Positions 26,045-41,177 are shown, counted from the first letter of the stretch. The stretch is DNA of 64,000 nucleotides from Octopus sinensis (GCF_006345805.1 NC_042999.1:116560001-116624000), one strand, 5' to 3'. Translations and numbers: made by a program. Notes: generated from the letters alone by a model not told the origin.

Positions 26045-26871
26045 TAATAATAATAATGATAATAATAATAATAATAATAATAACTATTTTAATTTTTTGG
26101 CTGCGGTCAATAATTTTAATGGGGTGGGGTTAATATTTCCATCACTTTCTTCCAAAATCCACACTCACCTCAAATTTACAATTTATATTCAGCTTATTCC
26201 GCTTCCATTAGCTTCTCCCCCAAAATAAACTTTCTTAGTTCTGAAATTTGCGACTTTCCGTAAGTGAAAGGAAATTCTAAAGCCCAACTGGTATGCCATT
26301 TATTATTCGTAGATAACGTGCATTAAAAGTAATACTTAACCCAGAGAAGTTTTTCTTTAAATTCAGTGCGTCTTCTACTCTTTTGTATGATGGAGACATG
26401 TTTAAAAGATTTTTTTTACTACACATCTTTCCTCGCTTCCAAAAATCTGTGGAATATGTGCATGCTGTTATCCAATGTTCTGCACATAGAATTATATATT
26501 CCTGTCAACTATAAACACAAGGCCTGAAATTTGGAGAAGAGGCTATCGATTAGTTCTACATCAATACGCAATTGGAACTTATTTTATCGACCCAGAAAGG
26601 ATGAAAGGCAAAGTCGACCTTGGCAGAATTTGAGCTCAGAGCGTAAAGACAAACAAAATGCCGCTAAGTATTTTGCCCGAAGTATTAACGATTCTGCTAG
26701 CTCCACGCCTTATGTAAAATTATATATTGAAATAATTTATGTACATATATATTTGTGCGTGCGTATGTGTGTATATATATATGTGTGTGTGTGTGTGCGT
26801 ATATATGTGTGTATAATATATATATATAAATATCTATGTGTGTGTGTATGTTGTATAATGTGTGTGTGTTT

Positions 26872-26928
<57 letters not shown>

Positions 26929-27162
26929 GTGTGTGTGTGTGTGTTGGTACTCCCTAGTTTGGTGGATACACTCTTAAATTTCTTTGGCTGCTGAGGTGGT
27001 CTTAATATAAGTCTTAATATCTTTGCAACAGCGTCCTGTGTCTTAGACTTCAAGACGAGACCAGTGAGTTTCAGCCGAGTCATCAATCCGAGACCCAGAG
27101 AAATAAGGAGGCGCTCGTAAATAATCAAGTAAAACCAGTTCCAAAGAAACAAACAAAGCAAA

Positions 27163-27193
<31 letters not shown>

Positions 27194-27632
27194 AACTTGC
27201 AGTCCCCTTCAGATTTGAGAGGATTCCCGCCTTATGGAGTTTGCAAGCAGTTTTGTTTCCCTTATAAAATATCTCTCGGAGGTACTGCGCATGACTTAAC
27301 TCAAGTAGAATTCCTGAACAACATCAATTTTCCACTAATATTCTTCACTTAACACATACGCAAGTAATGAGTAACGTACATCCCAGCTGCACCGAGACCT
27401 GTTGATTGTACAGAAGCTGATGTACAACATTATAGCTCACAACATGGGAATGGAGCTGGAAAATCAACTGAAAGAAGTTGTTAATCGAATGTTTCCTTTT
27501 TTAAAATGATTTATTCACTCTCTCCTACCTGAAACCAGATACAAACCAGTCTCAATCTATTTGAAAGCGGAACTAAATTAACCCCAGATCACGTTCTACG
27601 ATCTTTAAAAAAAATGAATGATGCATTGAATA

Positions 27633-28021
27633 TATATAGGAGCACTCCGTCGGTTACGACGATGAGGGTCCCAGCTGATACGATCAACGGAACAGCTTGC
27701 TCGTGGAATTAACGTGTAAGTGGCTGAGCACTCCACAGACACGTGTACCCTTAACGTAGTTCTCAGGGAGATTCAGCGTGACACAGAGAGTAACAAGGCC
27801 GGCCCCTTGAAATACAGGTACAACAGAAACAGGAAGTAAGAGTAAGAGAAAGTTGTGGTGAAAGAGTACAGCAGGGATCACCACCATCCTCCGCTGGAGC
27901 CTCGTGGAGCTTTTAGGTGTTTTCGCTCAATAAACACTCACAACGCCCGGTCTGGGAATCGAAACCGCGATCCTATGACCGCGAGTCCGCTGCCCTAACC
28001 ACTGGGCCATTGCGCCTCCAC
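27633..28021 (-). mobile_element. SINE family B, B1 body, full length, 13-bp TSD
   Basis: Head revcomp TGGAGGCGCAATGGCCCAGTGGTTAGG..GGTTTCGATTCCC. GATGCATTGAATA occurs at 27620-27632 and 28022-28034. Confidence 0.9.
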
Positions 28022-29818
28022 GATGCATTGAATAACATAATCTTAGATAAAGTGCGCCCGAAAGGAGAAAAAAGTGAAATAGTCACAAATGGGGAATCTT
28101 TAATCAAAGATTGGTTGGATCAGAAGAAACACGAGATAAAATAACAATAAACAACCAGAGTGAAACCCCTATCTTTTAATAAAGCATCTTATGAGATGAC
28201 TGATATTATGAACAGCTCATGGTAGTATAACACAAAAGTAAGATTTAAACAATGTCGCATTTATTTCATTTTCCAAACAATGTTGAAGATAGTTTCCATG
28301 ACGATCATTTGTATTAAAAAATTTTATTAACACCTGTTTTTGAACAGCTTACATGAGCGTGATTTAATGGATAAACACAAAATCGCATTTAACCAACAAG
28401 GACATGTAGACCAAAAATAGACCATATCAAAATATACATTAAAATATTAATTGATATAGCAATAATTATAAAGCTTTTGTACAACAAGTTTGTTAATTAA
28501 GCTTTGACCTGCAGTTACAATATAATTTGGTTGTCATCAATCAATGTTCAGGACTAATTATTTTTGATATTTATTCCTTATCCAATTCTTTTTATATATT
28601 CAAACGGCATGTACCCATACATAAATGCAGACATACATACACTATGTCATGTATTAATACATGCATAGTCACAAACACATATGCCTGCCTGCCTGCCTAC
28701 CTGCCTGCATCCATTCATACATACATGCATACATACATACATACATAAATACATACATACATACATACATACATCCTTCCATACATACATACATACATTC
28801 ATACATACATACATACATACATACATACATACATACATACATACATACATACATACATACATACATACATACATACATAATACATACAATCGCACACAAA
28901 CATAAATGGCCATGTAGAATATGCTTTACTAAGGATATCTAATAAAACCAAAATATGTTCATTGATTTCACGAATTACCTTTAAAGATAAGATCCAATCC
29001 GATTTTCAACGTCGTTATTTCCAAAATTACAGATTAGTTGATTTTATTAGGGTTACCTCCCTTACTAGTTGTTTTTTTTTTTTTTAACTCTCTCCCATTC
29101 GATGGTGAAATGAAAATCTTTTTTTTCTTGCTAATTAACTGCATGGCTAATCTCAATTAACCGACGTTTTTCAACACACTATATTTTAAACAGTATGGGT
29201 AGAAAATATATATGCACTCAAGAACTAGTACATTTATTACATAGTTCTAGAGAAAACTACTTGGTACAAGAGAAGATAGGTTGGGGGAACCAAGTACCTT
29301 ATTCAAATTTTAAACCACTCACTGACGAAACCACAAAAAAACCCATATAACAGGAAAAAAAATGTATAGGTTTAAGGTTTAACAGCAAAACAGTAATTTA
29401 ATATAAGTTGCATACTTCTGAATTAATAAAATTAAAAATGATTCATGATCTTTCTTAGAACAGCTGTGTTTCTGCGAGTTCCCATGTACTTGCGGTTCAA
29501 CCTTGGTATTAAAAAAAAAAGATCTCATAGTGCCGCTTTTCAATGTATGTGTGTGTATGTGTGTGCATGTATAAATTGGTAAGTGCCTCTCATATTCAAA
29601 TATCTGTGAGCAGTTGAGAGGGTAATTACCAATAAAATTTCAAAGTGGAATCATATTCATCTATATTCCCGATGTTCAGTCGTGGTTTGAAGGAGACTCG
29701 GTTATTATTTCTAAGAGGTCACGTAATCCATGTTGGTTCTCTCTCGGTAGCTTATACTTTTGAAGTAAGTCATTCATAGTGCTATCCATTTTAGAATAGC
29801 AATTTGAAGCGAGAAAAC

Positions 29819-29884
<66 letters not shown>

Positions 29885-30251
29885 ATGAACAAGGTACTTG
29901 CCATATAAGTACCAGAAAATGAAGAAAAACTCTTATAGTGGAAGGAAGATATCAACTTAGATGATTGGTTCTCAATATTTTTATTGACATTTACTGACGC
30001 ACGTCGCAAGGAAAATTTCTTAAAAAAAACAAAGGTTTTAAAGTTTAAATGAAAATAAAAAATTAGAAAAATATAGAAAACTTTTACATACTTTATTTTA
30101 TTATTCCTACATGCTCTTTTTACTCGTTTCACTGTGGTTATAATAGAGCACCGCCCTAAAGAGTTTCATCGACCAAATTTATCCCAGTACATACGTATGT
30201 ATGTATGTATGTATGTATGTATGTATGTATGTATGTATGTATGTATGTATG

Positions 30252-30283
<32 letters not shown>

Positions 30284-30410
30284 TGTCCGTGTATGTGTGT
30301 ATGTAAGTATATATGTATGTGTGTATGTATGGATGTATGTATGTGTGCATGCATGTGTGTGTATGTATGTATGTATGTATGTATGTATGTATGTATGTAT
30401 GTATGTATGT

Positions 30411-30782
30411 CATTATTCAGTTTATTTCAAGATTTCTTGCCAGTGGAGAAAGAACCGGTTTCTAGCCCGGATCCAAGGCTCCTTCATTGGAATTTCAACA
30501 TCACCAGTGTATTTGTGCATGTATGTATGCATATGTGCAGTATTTGAAGTCAGTGCATGTGCAGTTTGTATGTTGCATTATATATATGTATTCCCCTCCA
30601 TATTACTGCATGACAAGACATGTGCATATATAATTTGCATGATAAACTTCTGGAAAGTTTTACAAATTTTTACACTTCCAGAAATGGCTTGGATTTGTAG
30701 TTTTCGAATCAGCTTTCTCCTTTCTGGTTTTGAGAAGCCTAATATCTCAAAATTCATACTCAGGCAGTGTGTTACATACTCC
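30411..30782 (-). mobile_element. 3' end of the R4/Dong-like LINE, flanked by (TATG)n
   Basis: Encodes LGFSKPERRKLIRKLQIQAISGSVKICKTFQKF and the same 3' UTR as 4108-4640. Confidence 0.8.
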
Positions 30783-30827
30783 ATATGTATATATCTATGT
30801 TTGTATGTATGTATGTATGTATGTATG

Positions 30828-30858
<31 letters not shown>

Positions 30859-31775
30859 TGCTAAGTCGGGTTTCTTGGAGACCAACTTGATTTTTGTCCT
30901 ATAATGTAGGACAAAAATGCCAGCAACGAGTACGATGAAAAATAGAAATAACAAACCACGTAAACAATTTTATATTTTCGGTTTTGTTAACAATAATGTA
31001 AACGAGCGTGTGTATGCATACATTTAAGTCTGTGCGTGTAAGTGCTTATGTGTTGTGCTTATGTATACAGAAAAATCTCATTTTACGAGGAACCGCTTTA
31101 CGAGACCCCGGGTTTACGAGTCTTATTTTACAAAAATATAGAAAGGTTAAACAGCCATTTTGTGTTTGTGGCAACGTCGCAACATGTGGCAACACTGGTT
31201 CTGATGCATCTACACATCTGCATATAGCGACGGAATAAAAGCTTCTTCTAAGCAAACAACTTTACACTTGTTTTTAAATAGAAATCTACAAGTCCGTCTA
31301 CGAGTGCTTGTGAATCGGTGATCGTGTCTACAAGTGATGGTGTGCGCGAGTCTAGTACATACATACATAGATACATGCATACATACATACATACATACAT
31401 ACATACACACATACATACATACATACATACATACATACACACATACATACATACATACATACATACATACATACATACATACATACATACATACATACAT
31501 ACAAAGTGATTTAGAAAATGATTATAATAATATAACTTAATTTTTATTTTCACATAAAATATTCTTTACATTCTATTGTTACATTATTGCCATGTATTTA
31601 CGCGTATTTTAAATTTTACAGGTAAAATATTTTTCTGGGAACGAATTACGATTTGTAACATTGTCACTATGGAAAATTATTGCTCTGGGAACGAATTAAC
31701 TCGTATATCGAGGCATCACTGTACATGTTTGTGTGTTTCTGTGCGTGTTATTGAGAGAGAGTGAATGACTGAATG

Positions 31776-31807
<32 letters not shown>

Positions 31808-33451
31808 CATGTCGTGAGCATATCTGCTAATGTACGTGTTTATTTGTAGCAATCACATTGTTTCAGAAACTGGTCAATGTTGATCACATGACCTAGTGAT
31901 TATCCAAAGCTTAACGACGTCTGTTTGTCCAATGATTTAGTCTATAGGCGTTTTACGACAATTAACAAGGTTGCTATTCACTTAGTTATGCCTATCATTA
32001 CAGAGTTTAAAGACCATAGTGAAATTTCTTGGCATATAATCCATGCTACTGTCGACATTTTGGCTTATTGCTTTAAAAACACCTGACAGACTTACTTTCA
32101 GTTTGTTATTGTAATTGCGATGTTGTGGTCACTCACGGACACTTCGTTCGTTGTTACCAACAAGATCCTGGTTGGTTATCCTGTGAACAAACATACATAA
32201 ATGCATGCCTACCTACTTACCTACCTACCTACCTTCATACCTACTTACCTACCTACCTACCTACCTACCTACCTACCTACCTACTACCTACCTACCTACA
32301 TACATACATACATACATACATACATACATACATACATACATACATACATACATACATACATACATACACATATATGCCCGCTCTACACAGAAGCATACAT
32401 ACATTCATGCATACATACATACATACATACATACATACATACATACATACATACATACATACACATACATACATACATACATACATACATACATACATAC
32501 ACATATATGCCCGCTCTACACAGAAGCATACATACATTTATACATACATACATACATACATACATACATACATACATACATACATACATACATACATACA
32601 TACATACGTACGTACGAGTATACATATAGACATACACACGCATACGTACAATCAATATATGAGTGGCTCAGTGAAGATATATAAAACATTTCAGGATTTC
32701 TCTATATGTATGCATGCTATCGCTTGTACGTATGCCATACACACTTGCAAATAGAATTATAAAGCACGCTCCGGTGTATCAACGTGATATGCGCACCTAT
32801 CACAAAAGTACAAAGATATCTACACCTGCACCATCGCAGATGTTTGCACTAACTTACATGTTCCCAAATCCTAGGAACTGCCTTTAATTCTAGCAAAGAC
32901 CATTGTCAGTTCATTAGTGACCTGTTTCAAATCTGCAAAGAACTTGAATATATCTGAAATATCTGAATATATTTACAAGTTACAGACAAAGATTTACACC
33001 TAGCTGGCGTATAAATATAACAGTTAAAATTTAAATTCATAAAATAATAATTACCTCATTCATGTTGGCCCTGTCAACGTGCGACAACATACAACAACAC
33101 TACTGGCAACTTTGACGACATTACTTCCACCTGAATGTGAGACTATGAAAGTTTAGAAATGTTCCTGATGGGTTTAGGAATATGACTGATACATATAATA
33201 TTCAGGAAACTAATACGAAAAGATGACAAAACCATTATAAAAAGAGAGAAATCTAGCGTACGATCGTATTTTTTAATACAAGATATTAGTCTGCATGCGT
33301 GTGACTATTTGAATGTATACAATTATGTATGTATGAATGTATGTATGTATGTATGTATGTATGTATGTATGTATGCATGCATGCATGTATGTATGTATGT
33401 ATGTATGTATGTATGTATGTATGTATGTATGTACGTATGTACGTATGTATA

Positions 33452-34046
33452 TCACTATTCAGTCTTATTTCAAGATTTCTCGTCATTAGAGAAACGGCCA
33501 CTTTCTAATCTAGATCCAATACTCCTTCATTGGAATTTCAATATCAACAATAAGGTATGTCTGTCTGTCTGTCTATCTGTCTGTCTGTCTGTCTGTATGT
33601 ATGTATGTATGTATGTATGTATGTATGTATGTATGTATGTATGTGTGCATGTATGTACATATGTATATATGTCATTATTCAGCTTTATTTATGCCAATAG
33701 AGAAAGAGCCGATTTCTAACCGGGATCCAAGACTCCTTCATTGGAATTTCAATATCAACAACAGCGTATTTTTGTTTGTATGTATGTATGCATGCACGTA
33801 TGTATGTACGTATATGGGCAGATTTTTATGTCTTGTTTTATGTATGTATTCTCATGCATATAGTTGCAAGTCTAGACATGCTTCTATAAACTTAAATGAT
33901 GAATTTCTGGAAACTTTTGCAGATTTTTAGAGATCCAGTGATGGCTTGGATCTGTAGTCTTCGAAGCAGTTTTCTCCTTTCTTGTTTTGAGAATCCTAAT
34001 TTCTCAAGATTGGTATTTAGGCAGTGTGATACATATCCCAGTGCTC
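33452..34046 (-). mobile_element. Two tandem 3' ends of the R4/Dong-like LINE in (TATG)n
   Basis: The UTR module ATTCAG..TTCAAGATT..CATTGGAATTTCAA occurs at 33452-33556 and 33672-33770. The C-terminal coding module is at about 33895-34046. A + strand scrap (MSGSVKIYKTFQDF) lies at about 32655-32705. Confidence 0.75.
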
Positions 34047-34077
34047 TTTTGTTTGTATGTATGTATGTATGTATGTA

Positions 34078-34116
<39 letters not shown>

Positions 34117-34119
<3 letters not shown>

Positions 34120-36230
34120 TACTTGAACCCCAACTCAAACGAAGTTTACAGAAAGCTGAAAGGGAAAGTGGAGACTGCTCTAAGGAAAATTAAACAGGAA
34201 CGGTGGAATGATAGAGCAAAAGGGGCACAAGATGCAGCTGATAGAAATGATGCCAAGGGTTTGTATTCTTATATTAAGGAGGAATATGGTCCAAAATTTT
34301 CAATAGCTCCAGTGAGAACAGCAAATGGACGTTTGCTTCTGACTGGCACCGCTTCTATTCATAAGCCTGGGTAGAACATCTTTCTGCCCATTTGAATAGA
34401 CCATCATATGCTGATATGAGGACGATAGCAAAAATCGAACACTTCCCAGTTATAGAAGAGATGGTATTTTAACCAACTCTAAATGACATTTATTTAGCTG
34501 TGAATAAGCTGAATAACAGTGTCTTGAAATATGGGTGTGACAAAATGCTTGAACTCTTAAATATATTAATTTGTCACTGTTGGAGAACTGAGAAAGTGCC
34601 TCAAAACTGGATTGATGCAATTTTAGTTTCTTTGTATAAATCGGGGCCAAAGGATCCATGTGATAATTTTCGTGGGGTTTCGCTTTTGCCTGTGGTTGGA
34701 AAGGTACTTGCCCGCATTCTATTAGAACGTTTAAATACCTTCAGAGATGCAGATGTAGTGTCTGAGTCTCAGTGTGGTTTTCGTTCCTCCAGGGGCACGT
34801 CTGATTGTATTTTTACTATCAGACAATTCCAAGAAAAGTGCATTGTACAGAATCTCGCTCTATACCATTGCTTTGTTGATTTGAGTAAAGCGTTTCATAT
34901 TGTCAATCGAAATGCTCTGTGGCTAATTCTAATGAAAATAGGCTGGCTATAAAAATGTGTAAACATGATTAGGAGTATGCATGAAGATATGAAAGCTAGA
35001 GTTAAGTTTGATGGTAGGCTCTCTGAATCTTCTGCTGCGGAAAAGGGAGTAAAGCAAGGAGACCTTTATGCACCCACCCTCTTTGCAATATATTTTGCTG
35101 TTGTGTTGTCACACGCTTCTCAAAAATCTGAGGAAGGTATTTACGTAAAATATCGAACAACAGAGAATGTTTTTAATTTGACCAGACTGAAATTCAACAC
35201 AAAGGTTTTTACTTAACTCATTAGGGAACTTTTGTACGCTGACGATTGTGATCTTGTCAGTCATTCTGAAACAGGTCTGCAATCTATTGTATCTGCATTT
35301 GACTCAGCTTGTGATGAATTTTGGCATGACCATCAACTTGAAAGAAACAATGGTAATGTATCAACCTGTGTGTGTTGCTGTTTGTAAATTTTTGTTAAGG
35401 GTAAGTTACTTGAAGTTGTCGATTCGTTCATCTACCTTGGAAGCTCTGTACAAAATGATGGAACTCTTGATACAGAAATACATCTGCGAATTCAAAAGGC
35501 AGCAAAATTATTTGGTGGATTGGAGCCACACGTTTGATGCCAGCGACTTATAAATAATAATACAAAGCCGGCTCTTTACAAATCATTTGTCTTACCATCC
35601 CTATTGTATTCATGTGAAACATAGACTTGTTATGAAAGGCATTTTAAACCGTTAGAACAATTCCACCAAAAATGTCTGTGTTACTCCAAACACAGATATC
35701 CTTGCATCTTCAGGTAACACCCCAATTAAAACTATGATTTGGAGAAACCAAATGAGATGGTGTGGCCATATTGTTCAAATGAACGCATGCCCAAACATCT
35801 GTTTTTTTATGAGCTTGCAGAGGGGAAACACTATCGGCGTAAACCTTAAAAAAACAAGGTTTAAGGACGGCGTAAGGACTATTATGAAGTCACTTGGAAT
35901 GGATCCAGAGGTCATAGAAACCCTTGCTTCAGATCGAGCTGGATAGCGAACAAAGGTGTGGATTGGAGTGAAAGCGTTTGAGGAGCCCAGGATAAAGCAC
36001 GCAAAACTAAAAAAAGAGTTAAGGAAGAATGTGACGATCGAGAAGGTGAATCACAGTGACCTTTTTGTGTGCACAGTTTGTGACAGACCATGCCTTTCTT
36101 TTGCTGAACTTAAATTTCATTTGCGAGCCCATGGAAAACGAACCTCCACCAACTATTCTGCCTATATTTCTGTGCACACCTTTGAATGCAGTGTATTCCA
36201 GGAGGTTTGCGAATCGACCCCAGTGCGTAA
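34117..36230 (+). mobile_element. Decayed RTE-clade (BovB-like) LINE, RT region and C-terminal C2H2 finger
   Basis: WIDAILVSLYK.GPK..CDNFRGVSLL, ESQCGFRSSRGTSD, FVDLSKAFH, GVKQGDLYAPTLF, LYADDCDLV (YADD at 35235-35246), QMRWCGHIVQM, CTVCDRPCLSFAELKFHLRAH. Multiple stops and frameshifts. Confidence 0.92.
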
Positions 36231-36454
36231 AGGATACTTATTTAATCGACTCCGAAAGGATGAAAAGCAAAGTCGACCTGGACGGAATTTGAACTCAGAA
36301 CATAACTGCATACGAAATACTGCTAAGCCCGGTGTGCTAACGATTTTGCCAGCTCGCTGCCCTAAGGGAATGATATATTGGCGAATGAATGTAGTCCTAC
36401 ATTTCTTTAAAAAGAAGGGATGATCACGGTTAGAATCAGGGTTGACCTATATAT

Positions 36455-36503
<49 letters not shown>

Positions 36504-36534
36504 TATATTATATATATATACAGATAGATAGATG

Positions 36535-36571
<37 letters not shown>

Positions 36572-36653
36572 GTAGGTAGGTAGGTAGGTAGGTAAGTAGG
36601 TAGGTAGGTAGGTAGGTAGGAGGTAGGTAGGTAGGTAGGTAGGACGAAACAGA

Positions 36654-37142
<489 letters not shown>

Positions 37143-37426
37143 AGAAAAGCTTGGGAATGGGAGCGGTGTACACAGAGAATAACCATTGAGAAGCGAAGAC
37201 TGCCTGAAAGTTCTAAAGAACAGACGATTGTGTTGTAATAACAAAACATACTTGTTTAAAGCGTCAGCCGAACAGCCTCTTCTTCCTTCACACCCTTTTT
37301 CCGTAATCTCGCTCTCCTTCTCTTTCTCTCCCTCTCTCTCTCTTTTTCTCTCTCTCCCCCTCTCTCTCTCTCTCTCCATATCTTTTTCTCTCTCTCCCCC
37401 CCTCTCTCTCTCTCTCCATATCTTTT

Positions 37427-37463
<37 letters not shown>

Positions 37464-40151
37464 TAATCTGTCTATGTATCTGCCCATCAATCTATCTATT
37501 TAGTCTATATCACTTTACCTATTTATTTAATCTATCTATATATCTACCTATCTACTACAGTTAACTCACTGTCTATATATAATTCTTTTTTTTAATCGGT
37601 CAGCTAAGGTTTTTTATTAGTTTCCCATTAAACCTATTAAACGATGCAGTAAGATTTTATAAGCAATGGCGACTGTTCGATACATATCTTTAGCTGTTTA
37701 CTTCGTATATTCTATAGAAACTCCCTACAGAAGTTACGGACGCACCTGAGACTGACTGTCATTCTTTACTACAGATATTCTTTGTTTACATAATTCATAT
37801 TTAAACCAAAACCTGCTATAATTTCGTTAAAAAAAACTGTTTTAAAATGTCTAATATTACTAAATATTCTCAAATTCTTGATTATTTTCAAAATTAGTTC
37901 ATTAGCGAAATGTTGAACGATGTCGTATCATTGAAGGATTGCGAAGATATTTCCCCAGATCAGCTATCGATGCTTATAATTTGCCATTCTGCTATAACTA
38001 CACGCAGTTAACTCCGACTAAAATTAATTCAAACCTTTACTTTTTCCGAATAGTCAAGAAAGAAAGAGCAGTCCCTATGACCAGGGTCTCCGAGACTAAT
38101 AAGGAAGAAAAGAAGAAGGTATTCTCACAGCATAAACTTAGCCTATATACTTATAGCAAAGTTGACTAAACTAACGACACCCATATAGCCAGGTGTTGCT
38201 GTTAAAACGGGTGTCGGATTAAGTCTACTACTCAAGAACTCAGAACGCAAAAAGACAGAACAAAATCTATAAGTCTGACGCTCTACCGATTCCATGGACC
38301 CATGCCCTGCACTGACACTTTATATCATCAACATGGAGGTAATGCAAAGATGAGTGTGATGGAATTTGAACTCAAAACCCAAGGAGCTGGAACAAATACT
38401 TCCAGACATTTTGTCATGTAGAATTTGTTCTCTGCCAATTCACTGCCCATTGGTCAACTTTGTTTCATCATGACTATCAACTTTAAACCTTCATATATAA
38501 GATCAGATCATGTGTAAATAGAGAGATTAAAACGTCCTGTCTTTTAGATTTAAAAAATATTTCATCTTGCATTTTTATGGTTTCTTTTATTAAAATCAAA
38601 TTCAGAATGATCCGCAAATATTCTGTCAAAACTTCCCAATGATGTGCAAATACTTTCTCAAAGCCTTAACATCTTACCTTGCCGAAATGAAGACAAAATA
38701 TTTGGATTCTACGAATTGCCCGTAGTTATCAGACAGACTAACCTATACTCACTTTTTGCCAATCGAAAGCTGTTGCTGAATTTACCTAGAGCCATAAACC
38801 TTGATAGAATCATTTCAAAGAATTCATGACCTACAAATTTATCCATGCTGCTGACCTTCGATCGATAAACATAAATCATGGTACAACTATAGTGCAACAC
38901 AATATCAACATAACAAGTGGTTTGGCTAATAGAGGAGCAAGGGAAGCAACCGCTTCCATCGGACACATTTTTCAAAATTGGCGCCTTTTCAATAATTTTT
39001 TCTAACTCTTTAGTTACTTATATCAGTAGTTGTAAGCTTCATACTTAATGACATTGTTGCTGAAACATAAAATTAACGAATGTAGAATAAATTGCGTATA
39101 TTGTAACGAATGAAATATTTCGCTTAATATAAGGGAGTTAAAAATTATTTGGTGTGTCACGGCGCCATTTTTTTTATGTGCTCGCGTCCCCTAACTTTAG
39201 AACTTGGCTGCGACCTCTGAACCTGAGCAAAATGTATACTATATAATCACTCGATCTCTAACACCGTTTCATCATATCTAAGTAGTTTAGGCTCTAAACA
39301 GCGATAGAGTAAGAAAAATGTATTTGATTTACGTAATGGAGTAAAATGAACATTCCGTTACTGATGCTTCTTTTATTCAAGTTTCAACCTTTCACTGATT
39401 CATACACATTTTCTCAAGGCGCCGATATAATCTTTTATTCATTTATTCTTTTATTTGTTTTATTTATTTGAAAACCACCGTAGTAAAGCTCAGCACTGAA
39501 GGGTTTAGTCGATCAGATCGAACCTTGTACTTATTTTTTAAGGTCTGGTGCATATTTTCTCGGTCTGTTTCTAGGGTTTTGCAGATTTCTGTATTAAAAG
39601 ATAACGTAGGCAAACCAGTTGAGAAGCAACGAGAAACAAGTACAAAAACAAAGGTACACACATTACAGTCTTTCACCTAGATCTACCTGTTAAATTTATT
39701 TACAAAACTTTAGTGGGCTCAGGGCTCCTGTAGAAGATACTTGCCCAGGGTGCAACACAATGAAACTGAACCCAAAAGCACATGGCTGCAAAGCAAACTT
39801 CTTAACCACACAATTATGCTTGTGCCATAGATTCCGAATAACACAATCCCGAACGTCATAAGATCAAATGCCAAACCATTGTCATGTGCATGATTATTTC
39901 TCTTTGCTGTGACTCTTTCACAACATAACACCATTCTACAACACAGTTTATGTTGACCAACACAATCTCGAAGGCCAAGATTTATCGTCATGAAAGTATG
40001 AACAGATACGGAATTACATAATTATCGTGTACGTAGATAGCTTAATAATTGAATGACTTCTTTCTTTGACTGTTAAGATTGAAAATGATACAAATTATAA
40101 ATTTTTAATTTGGATGTCACACAGAATTACGAATTGAAGTATTGTCTAATA

Positions 40152-40493
40152 CAGTGGTTTGCAACCGGAGTCCGCATGGCTTCTGAGGGTCCATATAAAA
40201 TCTTTGGGAGTCCACGCAACAAAATAGTAAATTTTGGAAACACAATAGTATTTTAAGGGCCCATGAAAAGTTTTGCATTAGATAGTATTTATCAGTATGT
40301 ATTGCAAGAAGTTTCTTTCTCAAACATTTTACATAGTTTAACCTACAGAAGTTAATGTGTGAAAACCAAGATCGGAATTTTGGAAGAAGTTTCTATAAAA
40401 CTACATTTTAAACATCGAATGGCTATGAGGCTCCACCAGAATAAAATAATAAACAAAGGGGTCCATAGATTAAAAAAAGGTTGAGGACCTCTG
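40152..40493. mobile_element. hAT-superfamily MITE with 8-bp TSD
   Basis: TIRs CAGTGGTTTGCAACC / GGTTGAGGACCTCTG. Perfect TSD GTCTAATA at 40144-40151 and 40494-40501. Confidence 0.88.
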
Positions 40494-40961
40494 GTCTAAT
40501 ACATCACTAACAGCAATTCCAACGAATAAATAGAAAAGGGTAAAGGCCCCTTTCGGTCATGAATGGCCATGGGATTGCATCAAGAAAGTTACCCTCCAAG
40601 GCGCAAGTCCGGGCAAGGTTGTTTATGGCGGACCAACAGTTGCCCATGCATACCGGCCTCCCCTCTCTCTCTCTCCACGCCACTGATCTTTTCCAAAGGA
40701 AGGCAAGGGCCGATACAACTTGGCACCTGTGATATCGCAACTCATTTCTACAGCTGAGTGAACTGGAGCAATGTGAAATAAAATGTCATGCTCAAGAACA
40801 CGGCACACATCCCGGTCCGGGAATCGAACTCACTACTTCATGATTGTGAGCCCGACACTCAAACCACTGAGCCATGCGGCTCAGAACTCAAACTAACCTG
40901 CTTTAGAGAAGATACCGTGCATCTATTAATGAGCCTGGTGTGTTGGATTATTCTAAACATA

Positions 40962-41177
40962 AGAGGGGTGCTAAAATGTTCCTCGCTTTAAGGGTATCGC
41001 AAATGGCCAAGCTGGAGGCTCAGCCTCCCGAGTTCTTTTACAGGGCTTAGAAAAACTGAAAGATTACTACAACAGGTGCGTGAATCTGAGAAGGGAATGT
41101 GTTGAATAAAATCATAATTAACTGATCCGCCTGTATTTTCTTTTACCCGAAGCGAAGAACTTTTCAGTACCCATTCG
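40962..41177 (+). mobile_element. Mariner-derived MITE (about 215 bp)
   Basis: TIR-like ends AGAGGGGTGCTAAAATGTTCCT / AGAACTTTTCAGTACCCATTCG with TA on both sides. The interior is the last codons of a mariner transposase, homologous to 46928-47126. Confidence 0.7.

Noticed and set aside
29676-29885. MDSTMNDLLQKYKLPRENQ.. ORF after a (CT)n tract
   Set aside because: Its 3' part matches a dispersed repeat motif also seen near 23710, and there is no homology or donor site.
38915-39220. hAT-like MITE ends
   Set aside because: The TIRs are degenerate and no 8-bp TSD was found.
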